Below are positions 54,258 to 64,000 of a stretch of DNA of 64,000 nucleotides, one piece after another; the stretch's first letter is position 1; the number at the start of each line of letters is the position of its first letter. Below the pieces are notes generated by a model. It was not told the origin of the DNA. It saw nothing but the letters and a program-made list of their open reading frames with translations, and searched no databases. A program made the position numbers and the translations under genes. The DNA comes from Octopus sinensis (Eukaryota). The stretch spans positions 25,855 through 89,854 of the forward strand of contig NW_021832843.1 in assembly GCF_006345805.1 (NCBI RefSeq), read 5' to 3'.

Positions 54258-54700
54258 CTGGCAGAACCGTTCGCATGCCAGGCGAAATGCTTAGCGATAT
54301 TTCGTCTGCTGGCGAGCTGGAAAATGCGGCGAGCTGGCAGAATCGTTAGCACGCCGGATGAAATGCGTAGCTATTTCGTCTGTCGTTACGTGCTGGGTTC
54401 AAATTCCGCCGAGGTCGACTTTGCCCTTCATCCTTTCGGGGTCGATACATTAAGTACCAGTTACGCACTGGAGTCGATATAATCGACTTAATCCGTTTGT
54501 CCGTCCTTGTTTGTCCTCTATGTGTTTAGCCCCTTGTGGGTAGTAAAGAAATAGATACGTTCAGAGTTCACATTCCGCCGAGGTCGACTTTACCTTTCAT
54601 CCTTTTGGGGTCGATAGATTAAGTACCAGTTGCATACTGGGGTTGATCTAATTGACTGTCCCCCGCCCCAAAAATTTCGGGCCTTGTGCCTAGAGTGTTG
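54258..54700 (+). mobile_element. Dimeric family-1 SINE preceded by duplicated head fragments
   Basis: GCTGGCAGAA / GGCGAGCTGG repeated three times before the complete copy. Confidence 0.9.
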
Positions 54701-55199
54701 AAGTTCTCAATTCCGAAGGGCATCAACGTTGTCATATAGCGAATGTTCATCGTTATCCTAGAGGAAAATGCACTGCTCATTCACATATATTTAACAATTT
54801 AGTCCTTATATTTGCTGTTGATATATCAGCTCTTTTCCACTGAAAGAGCAACAATAGAATGTTAATATTATTTGTATTGATTTTACTCTATATTTGTTCG
54901 GTCCATATCGCATGTCAAAGAAAGTTTCGTATGAATTAGTTTGCGGAAGGCGTAACTTCAGCTCCATTTTATAGTCTATAAGTTTACATCAGCGTCAGTT
55001 GTATTGAATCAAGTGAAGTGTTTATGGAACTAAATTACCCGTGATTAATTGTTAATTCATAAAGTACTTCTTTGTCGGCAAAATATGACGGTGGTATATA
55101 TATATATGTCTGTGTGTGTGTGTCCGTGTGTGCGCGCGCATGCATATATATCTATGTATATGTATATATGTTTGTTATGCATTTGTGCGTGTGTGTATA

Positions 55200-55267
<68 letters not shown>

Positions 55268-55325
55268 CCTACATAAACACACACACGCATAGATAGATAG
55301 CGACAGATATATAGATAGATAGATG

Positions 55326-55363
<38 letters not shown>

Positions 55364-55530
55364 TTAGATAGATAGATAGATATCAGCTCAGACACAGAAC
55401 ATTCACCCATCACTTTCTGCAGCGAGGCCGATACAAACTGTCGACCATGTACACGAAATTCGTTGAGATTATGTAGTTCATGCTTTTTGAGTATAAAATT
55501 TTCTTATTTACACGTACGGATACACACACA

Positions 55531-55566
<36 letters not shown>

Positions 55567-56029
55567 AACACACACACACACACACACCACACAAACACAC
55601 ACACAAACACACACACACACCACACACACACACAGATGCATGTATGTATGTAAATATTCTCTAAGTAATTCCAAATGCACTTGCTTTACGTATTACATAT
55701 ACAGTAATATCTCACCGTATGAGGAGCTACGAGACCCCGAGTTTACGAGCTTTTGCGAGTTTTATTTTCTGCTTACGAGTATTACGAGCGATCACCGGCA
55801 AGGAATTAACTCGTATATCGAGGCATTACTGTATTAACTATGGAATAACTGAGAATTTTAGTTGGTTGTTTGGCTGGCTGGTTGGCTTGATGGTTACTTG
55901 GTCGGTTACTTTCGTAGCTGGTTGGTTAGTTAGTTTGTTGGTTAACTCCAGGTCATGTCTGGTCGAATACAAATTTGTGAAAAGGTGACCCAATCGTAAA
56001 AATCCCACTTTATTCAGACTCTCTAACTA

Positions 56030-56347
56030 TCACTATATTCACGTGATCACATGACCGACCAGGCTATCATATGTTGCTACACATCGCTGGTCACAATGCG
56101 TCTTGGCATTGTTTTAGCCTTCAAATGACGACACCCCACTGCCTAAGCGAGCAGGCCAACAAAAGAAAGAGTGAGAGAAAGTTGCGGCGAAAGAGTACAG
56201 CAGGGATCGCCACCACCCTCTGCCGCAGCCTCGTGGAGCTTTAGATATTTTCGCTCAATAAACACTCACAATGCCCGGTTTGGGAATCGAAACCACGATC
56301 CTACGACCACGAGACCACTGCCCTAACCACTGGGCCATTGCGCCTCC
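56030..56347 (-). mobile_element. Family-2 SINE (central module 1 plus tail b)
   Basis: Same head and central module as 11190-11563, with a different 3' tail. Confidence 0.88.
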
Positions 56348-56758
56348 ACAGCTCTATATTATCCAATGTATAATACATTTCTGTTTTCATAAATACTCAC
56401 ACACACATATACATATATATATAAACACACACATATACATATATATAAACACACACAAAGATATATTATATATCCGGGTATATATGTGTGTGTGTGTGGT
56501 GCGCGCGCGCGCGTGTGTGTTTTGTGTAGCGGCAGGCGTACCTTCGTATATCTTTGTGTCTCTGCTTCGGTGACTGCAGATGTATTTACTGCAATGTTTG
56601 CATACGTCTTTGCACGTGAAAAATGTATTTCACAAAGTGATTTCATTGATTGAAAAGTTTGAAACTGGCTTCCTTAAATCACCACTGAATTGAGCTTTTT
56701 TTCTGTCCATGATCGAAAGTTTGTAGTGAATAATAATTCTTTTTTATAATATATACCT

Positions 56759-56990
56759 ATTTCTTTACCACCGACAATGGGCTAAACACAGAGAGGACAA
56801 ACAAGGACAGACAAACGGATTAAATCGATTAGATCGACCCCAGTAATGAAACCGGTAATGAAATTTATCGAACCCGAAAGGATGGAAAGCAAAGTCGACC
56901 TCGGCGGAATTTGAACTCAAAACGTAACGGCAGACGAAATACGGCTACGCATTTCGCCCGGCGTGCTAACGTTTCCGCCAGCTCGCCGCC
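56759..56990 (-). mobile_element. Family-1 SINE monomer with 17-bp TSD
   Basis: TTTTATAATATATACCT occurs at 56742-56758 and 56991-57007. Confidence 0.93.
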
Positions 56991-57347
56991 TTTTATAATA
57001 TATACCTGTGTAATGAGGTGGTGGTGGTAGTGGTGGTTCTGCTACTGCTGCTTCTGCTGCTGGTGGTGAGCATATTAATGGTGTTGTTGTTAGTATTGTA
57101 CTAACTTCCGATCAAGTCTTCCGATCGATTTCTTTTGTCCTCTTGGCTCTTGCCCGCCCTTCTTATAGGAACAGCTTTCCATTTTTCATCTTTGTCGCCC
57201 ACATTACAAGATACGTCTTAGTGATCTGAAGTGGAAGAGTATGCCTTGTGGTGTTGTTCTAGGATCGGTGATTCTGCGGTTAATGTTGGCGTTCTTCTTC
57301 TTATTACTATTGTTTATCCTTTTACCACTACTAATTGTACTGTAGAG

Positions 57348-57600
57348 GAGGCGCAATGGCCCAGTGGTTAGGGCAGTGCACTCGCGGTCGGAGGATCACG
57401 GTTTCGATTCCCAGACCGGGCGTTTTGTGTGGGCAGAAAACCCTTGTTGTACTCTTTCGCCCCAACTTTCTCTCACTCTCTCTTCCTGTTTCTTGAGTAA
57501 CGCTGCGATGGACTGGCGTCCCGTCCAGCTGGGTGAACATATATGCCATAGAAACCGGGAAACCGAGTCCATGAGCCTGGCTAGGCTTGAATAGGGCGAA
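57348..57600 (+). mobile_element. Family-2 SINE (altered central module plus tail c)
   Basis: GGAGGCGCAATGGCCCAGTGG, GGTTTCGATTCCC, and tail GCGATGGACTGGCGTCCCGTCCAG. Confidence 0.88.
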
Positions 57601-57818
57601 AAAAAAAGAAATTGACGTGTAGCAGCTGTGTTTGCTATTAATATTGTAGCTGCACGCTGTTGTTTTTCTTGTGTATTTTGTTGTGCTGTTGGCAGCAGTT
57701 GGCACTTACTTTCATTTGCTCGCTGTTGTGGGCAGAAAACCCTTAGGCTGATGGACGCGCCACAAATGTGATAACTTGAGCTTTTAACCGTTATTATCAA
57801 AGTGGGGCCATTTGGCTT

Positions 57819-58199
57819 TTAGATTAGTTTGGGAAAAGTTTTTGATTTCTTCGATTTATTTGCATTGTTAGTTTCAACCATATACCGGACCAGTTTTCTT
57901 GGCGCATCTAATGAATCCGGCAAGATTGCCTTATCTTCGTCACCAGGCAAAATGAATGCAACCAGGCACCTCATACCCATTTCTGGTGGTACATCAACCA
58001 ATCTCGCTTTCGCAAATCTTTTACCTATACATGATGGGATAAAGATGAATTCCTCATTTTTAATTAGGGCTGTGGAATGGTTCATCGCTTCGAATTGAGA
58101 CCAAAATCTTTCATAAATTTTGCCAAATTGTTTCCTTCGCGTAACGAAAACGAAGCTTTTTTTCACGCCGACTCTTAAGGCCGATACAGCAGTAACTCA
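57819..58199 (-). pseudogene. Unassigned protein-like open frame, weakly TIR-domain-like by eye
   Basis: Non-repetitive 115-aa ORF ..KKSFVFVT..FWSQFEAMNHS..FIFIP.., bounded upstream by in-frame stops. Confidence 0.2.
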
Positions 58200-58300
58200 T
58201 CTTACGTCCCCTGGTTTCTTTGATAACATGACTGGGTAGCGATCGGGTTACTCTTCTTTAGTTATTATTAATACTATTATTATTATGTTATTAAGGGGAA

Positions 58301-58768
58301 GGCGGCGAGCTGGCAGAAACGTTAGCACGACGGGCGAAATGCGTAGCCGTATTTCGTCTGCCGTTACGTTGTTTGTCCTCTCTGTGTCTAGTCTCTTGTG
58401 GGTAGTAAAGAGATAGGTATTTCGTCTACCGCTACGTTCTGAGATCAAATTCTGCCGAGGTCGACTTTGCCTTTCATCCTTTCGGGGTCGATAAATTAAG
58501 TACCAGTTGCACACTGTGGTCGATGTAATCGACTTAATCCGTTTGTCTGTCCTTGTTTGTCCTCTCTGTGTTTAGCCCCTTGTGGGTAGCAAAGAAATAA
58601 GTATTTCGTCCGCCGCTGCGTTCTGAGATCAAATTCCGCCGAGGTCGACTTTGCCTTTCTTCTTTTCGTGGTCGATAAACTAAGTACCAGCGAAACACTG
58701 AGGTTGACGTAATCGACTAGATCCCTCCCCCGAGATTCAGGCCTTGTGGCTATAGTAGAAAGGATTAT
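58301..58768 (+). mobile_element. Trimeric family-1 SINE (first unit internally deleted)
   Basis: Two GTAAAGA(G/A)ATA(G/A)GTATTTCGTC junctions. Confidence 0.9.
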
Positions 58769-58894
58769 CACATTATTAAGGGTGAGGCGATCAGGCAGAA
58801 TCTTAGGGTACTGAGGATTCGCAATCTAGACTAGGGTCTGAAAGTTTACCACACCATAGTGGGGTTACACCATGGTTTCTCTGCTTTGTGGCAG

Positions 58895-59086
58895 AAGTAT
58901 GAAGAAAGAGTGAGCGAGAGCTATGGTGAAAGAGTACAGCAGGGTTCACCACCACCACCCCGCAGGAGCTTCGTGGAGCTTAGGTGCTTTTGCTCAATAA
59001 ACACTCACAATGCCCGGTTTGGGAGTCGAAACCGCGTTCTTACGACCGCGAGTCCGCTGCCCTATCCACTGGGCCATTTCACCTCC
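58895..59086 (-). mobile_element. Family-2 SINE 5' part
   Basis: GCTCAATAAACACTCACAATGCCCGG..GAGTCGAAACC..GGGCCATT. Confidence 0.85.
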
Positions 59087-59189
59087 ACTGCTGATACTGC
59101 TGTCACTCCTGCCGGTTTTGCTGTCGCTGTTACCATCACCTGTTGTTCTAGTGGTTGGTGTTAGCATGTTGTTTAGAACAAGACGCTTT

Positions 59190-59405
59190 ATTTCAGGTTG
59201 CCTCAGTCCACTCAGCTGGCAAAAATGAGTCCTACCTGTATTTCAAAAGGCCAGCCTTATCGTATTCTGCTGAATCTCTCTGAATCTCACGCTAAGTGTC
59301 ACGCGTCAGTAGAGCGCTCAGACATTTGCACGTTAATTTCACGAGTAGGCTGTTCCGTTGGTTTGATCAACTAGAACCCTCATCGACGTAACCGACTGAG
59401 TGCCG
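59190..59405 (+). mobile_element. Family-2 SINE (central module 2 plus tail a), headless
   Basis: CAGTCCACTCAGCTGGCAAAAATGAGT followed by a tail matching the reverse complement of 11225-11395. Confidence 0.78.
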
Positions 59406-59998
59406 TGTCTTTGTTTTTGTTTTTTTAGCAGGTTGTTGCTTTTTCTTTCTTTGCAGCCGTCACGGTTACATGTCGGATTCACAGTGAGGAGACTATGAAG
59501 CTGCAAGGAAACCCCTTTTTTTTTTTGGTCACAGTTGCAAAAGCTTCCATACCATCATTTGGGTGTCTGATTCCTCTTTGTATTAAAAGAATGATTAAAT
59601 TTCAGGAAAAACATTTTTACTTTATTCCTCGAAGGACCAAAACCAAGAGACTTGACTAGTTTCTTAGCATCCTGGTTAGTTTAACAGCAAAACAGAAAAT
59701 CTTTTAAAGCAAACTTTTAAAACATGCTTAGAACAAACAAAACGCGCGAGTGATTCGATGAGTCATTTTGCTGTTACAAAGTAGTGGAAAAGATAAGACT
59801 GATTTCTGATGAAAGCACAAAACCAGCAAATTTGAAAGGGAAAACATCTACACCAGTGCTTGACTGGTACTTTATTCATCGATCTCGAAAGGATGAAAGA
59901 TAAAGCTGACCTGGGCGTGAGTTAAACACAGAAAGTAAGGAACCGCAAATTATACAACAAAACATAATTTCCGACATTGTAACTAGGCAACCAGCTTG

Positions 59999-59999
59999 C

Positions 60000-60040
<41 letters not shown>

Positions 60041-60083
60041 TAATATAATAATGACAATAATATAATAATAATAATAATAATAC

Positions 60084-60116
<33 letters not shown>

Positions 60117-60124
60117 TAATAATA

Positions 60125-60181
<57 letters not shown>

Positions 60182-60331
60182 CAATAATATAATAATAATA
60201 ATAATAATGACAATAATAATATAATAATAATAATAATATAATATAATAATAGTAATGATAATATTAATAATAATAATAATAATAGTAATGACAATAATAA
60301 TAATAATAAATAATAATAATAATAATAATAC

Positions 60332-60365
<34 letters not shown>

Positions 60366-60409
60366 TTAATAATAGTAATGATAATAATAATAATAATAAT
60401 AGTAATGAC

Positions 60410-60477
<68 letters not shown>

Positions 60478-60499
60478 TAATAATAATAATAGTAATGAC

Positions 60500-60542
<43 letters not shown>
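59999..60542. repeat. Long interrupted (TAA)n array, about 540 bp
   Basis: Direct inspection. Confidence 0.95.
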
Positions 60543-60545
<3 letters not shown>

Positions 60546-61100
60546 GCCCTGATGCAGTACCAGGCAATGGCTCTCATGGCTTCTGATCTTAACTGATTGG
60601 AAGTGTTATCATGTACATTGTTTTGTCTTGGTATAAAAGATGGGCTACAGCAAATATTCTGCTCAATACCACAGATTTGCTTGTCAGTTGTTTGACCTTA
60701 ACCAGTTGAGCATGTCCCTTAGTGGCTGACGATATGTGCATCTCTGATCACGAGCAGAAGTAGTGGGGGAGCATCATAGCCATGTGTTGAGAGGGATTCT
60801 TTGGGGTTTGAATAATTCACCTCTGGAAACATGGGTGGTTCTTTCAACATTCTTAAACAACCCTTATTCAGGGACCTTTTGAGCGGGATGGGCTACTCAA
60901 CCTGAAGAAAATTCTAACTGGGCCCCACCTGCAAGGTCATGTGCTGTTTATCTTGATATGAGATCACCATGTCGCGCACATATGGTTGTGATGCATGTGC
61001 CTGGTGTACCTTTATTAGACGGTTAGTCATGATGGGTATATTGGGCTTCGTATATTTTACCCCAGAGTCACTTTGATGGCATGCACTGCTCTCTCACTCA
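60543..61100 (+). mobile_element. Non-coding ~560-bp element inserted in (TAA)n, longer copy
   Basis: (TAA)n on both sides, homologous to 47931-48391, with no ORF and no box A/B recognised. Confidence 0.88.
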
Positions 61101-61129
61101 ATAATAATAATAATGATAATAGTAATGAC

Positions 61130-61193
<64 letters not shown>

Positions 61194-61201
61194 GTAATGA
61201 C

Positions 61202-61254
<53 letters not shown>

Positions 61255-61255
<1 letters not shown>

Positions 61256-61530
61256 TTATTCTTTTTATTGGCCACAAGGGCTGACATACATGATTACATA
61301 AAGGGACAAAACAGGACGAAAGGTTACAAAGGGTTATGTCCGGTTTTTGAAAAATCCGAGTAAAAACTTTATAACAATTAAAAAATTAACAATGAAAAAC
61401 TCCCAAAAGAGGGAGGCGTTACGAAAGGTTCCTGGTGGAAAAAACCCGATAAAAGCTAACGGGAGCCTGGTCAAAAAAGGGGTGTAGAGAGTCCCTTTTT
61501 TCTCCTTTTATATTACCTTTTTGAAATCAC
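61255..61530 (-). mobile_element. LINE 3' UTR fragment (Tx1-like end) in an (ATT)n array
   Basis: Minus strand ends CAGCCCTTGTGGCCAATAAAAAGAATAAAT, similar to the 47790-47813 end, with (ATT)n on both sides of the element strand. Confidence 0.55.
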
Positions 61531-61560
61531 AATAATAATAATAATAATAATAATAATAAT

Positions 61561-61768
61561 CCTTTCTATTATAGGCACGAAGCTTGAAATTTGGTGAGAG
61601 GGGTTAAATCGATTACAATTCCTCCAGTGCGCGATTGGTATTAATTTTTATCGACCCCCGAAAGGATTAAGGGCAATGTCGACCTCGGTGGTACTGGAAC
61701 TCAGAACGTAAAGACGGATGAAATGATTCTAAGTCTGGCATGCTAACGATTCTGTCAGTTCACCGCCT
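61561..61768 (-). mobile_element. Family-1 SINE ending in (ATT)n
   Basis: Reverse complement of the conserved modules, with its tail continuous with the array. Confidence 0.85.
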
Positions 61769-61771
61769 GAG

Positions 61772-61805
<34 letters not shown>

Positions 61806-62509
61806 AAAAATAATGCAGATAATTTCTTTTATGCGTTACAAAGCGAAGAAGAAGAAGAAGAAGAAGAAGAAGAGAAGAAGAAGAAGAATCCTTTCTTATT
61901 TTGGCCGGCAATTTCGATTGGAGAAGCAAATCAGTTACGCCGACACTAGCATATAAAGTGTATTTATTTTATTGACTACGAAAGAATGAAAGGGAAAGTC
62001 GAACTCGGCGGAATTTGAACTCAGAACCGAGCTAATCGGAAGAAATACTGCAAAGCTATATTATATTATTTCCCTCTCTCTGTAAAGAATTCTACTGGCA
62101 CGCAATAATAATTAATATCGTTTATCTTTTAATGATTTCTTTTATTACTAATTTATAATATGTGGTTTAATCCTAGGTAAAACCTGATTGATTAGACCTT
62201 TCTTTCAAATGCATTCCAGCTGTGAATATCAGGTCTCTGTATGTGTAAGCAACACCAAATTATATCTAATGGAAGAAGTCGGATATTTCTTTTTCCGAAG
62301 CCGACAGAGTATGATTTGAAGGATATTTGGCTGTTGTTTCTAACAAGCGCAGAGATCACATAGGCGCTCCCTCGTTGTCTCGATATCAGTGCTGTAACAA
62401 CATGTGCATTTTCAAGCGCAGCTGCAATCACTCTCTTTACATGCACTTCGTTACTCGTTTCGCTCTTGGATATCTTTCTGCTTGTTTTTACCGTTTTTGA
62501 GATCATTGG

Positions 62510-63300
62510 TGAACAGAGAGTGAGAGACGAGAAGAGGAAAAGACAGACAAGGTGAGAAAGCGATAGGAGGCTTGGAGCGAGAAAGCAGAGGAGTTCTACG
62601 GAGAAAGAAAACTGGTAGATTAAGTAAAGAGAGAGAGGTAGTGACAAGAAGAAATGAAGAGGAATAAGATGAAAGAGGATGCAATGAAAACAATGAGAGA
62701 GAAAAGAGAGACAGATGAAGACTATGGAGAGTAATCTGGAGAAGGCGGGTGTGGTAAACAAAGAGAATGTGGAAGAGTAGATAGAAAGAAGAGGCAGAGA
62801 ATAGTCGCAAGAGTAAGGGTAGTAGTATTGATGTGAAGTAGTAGAATATGGAGAGTAAGGATCATAAATAGCAAAAGAGGGAAAAGAGAGTAAGTATAAT
62901 AAGGAGAAAAGGCAGGTGAAAAGGAGAGTAAGAAGAATCAAGGGAAGGAGAAGTTGGGAAAGAGAGTAAGGAGCGACAGAGAAGAAAAAGGACTTATAGA
63001 AGAGGGAGACAGCGATAGATGCTGGATCGATCGATACGGATGATGCAAGTCAGCAGGCGATATCTGCAGACGATGCAGTTTTTCATTTTGCTACTTAACT
63101 GATGTCGCTTCAAAATCGAAATCCGGGAATATTCCATATAAGCGGAGAGATAGAGATAGAAGGGAGAGAGGGAGAGGAGAGAGAGGTGGGGGTTGGAATA
63201 GAAGAACGACAAAATGCATAGAATGGTTTATGGAGGAAGGGAATGTAATAAGGATAGAAGAGAGAATAATGACAAGGAAGTGAATTTGAAGTCGAAGGCA
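62510..63300. repeat. Purine-rich (GA-rich) low-complexity tract
   Basis: Direct inspection. Confidence 0.8.
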
Positions 63301-63336
63301 ATATCATAGATACATAAACGCCTTATGCATTCACAA

Positions 63337-63510
63337 TGGAGGCGCGTGGCTCAGCACTTGGGGTGTTGCGCTCATGGTCCTACAATTATGGTTTCGATTC
63401 CTGGATCAGGCGATGCATTGTGTTCTTGTGCAAAGCAATACATTTCACCTTGCTCCAGTCCACTCAAGCGACAAAAATGAGTAATACTGCAATGGACTGG
63501 CGTTCTGTTC
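63337..63510 (+). mobile_element. Family-2 SINE (central module 2 plus tail c)
   Basis: GGAGGCGCGTGGCTCAG, GGTTTCGATTCC, TGCTCCAGTCCACTCA..AAAAATGAGTA and GCAATGGACTGGCGT. Confidence 0.78.
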
Positions 63511-64000
63511 GTGTATGAGGGAATATATACGCCTCAGAATCCAGGAAACCGTATATATAAAGTCTATTTCTCGGGAAGGACATTTCACTCACTTATTGAT
63601 TATTACATACAAACATACATTTATATATATACATATGTATGTATGTATGCATATATATATATATATTATATATATATATATATATACATACACACACACA
63701 CTATATATATATAGGTAGAAAATGCTACAATAATTTTATCAGGAAGAACATTTTAGATTTTAGTTCGGTTCCAGTGTTTGCGACTTTTTCAACTTGGAGT
63801 AAAGCATGAAAAACAATTAAATTGTGGAAAAATTAAATGTTTTTCGAATATTTCTTCTTCTTCTTCTTCTTCTTCTTCTTCTTCTTCTTCTTCTTCTTCT
63901 TCTCCGCCGCCTCTTTTCTCAACTACTATTGCGCGCTTAAAAAACAATCAAAGACAAGAATTCATATCAAACTACTACTAGCTGCTGCCAACTACCTAGA

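Noticed and set aside
62192-62941. 249-aa minus-strand ORF
   Set aside because: The first two thirds are a CT-rich low-complexity tract and the end overlaps a dispersed repeat; the ~50-aa middle is unrecognised.

Overview
Repeat-dense, AT-rich animal genomic DNA saturated with microsatellites. The SINE/LINE repertoire resembles octopod cephalopod (Octopus-like) DNA; this is inference from recalled repeat sequences, and no search was run. No intact host gene could be established, and most ORFs in the supplied track are translations of simple repeats. Supported content: two R4/Dong-clade RLE retrotransposons inserted in (TAA)n (one near full length, both decayed); a non-coding ~560-bp element present twice, also in (TAA)n; three 5'-truncated CR1-like LINEs in (TA)n; Tx1/L1-type 3' fragments next to (ATT)n; three TIR-bounded mariner elements plus a Tc1/mariner relic; non-autonomous Helitrons; a MITE with GG-starting TIRs and an 8-bp TSD; foldback elements; and more than 20 tRNA-derived SINE copies from several families. 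The most interesting signals are: (i) minimal type I hammerhead-ribozyme motifs, including an unusual C4 variant with covarying stems, a palindrome carrying one on each strand, and a tRNA-headed SINE carrying a Penelope-type hammerhead; and (ii) a set of unrelated retroelements that appear to seed and then target the same microsatellites.
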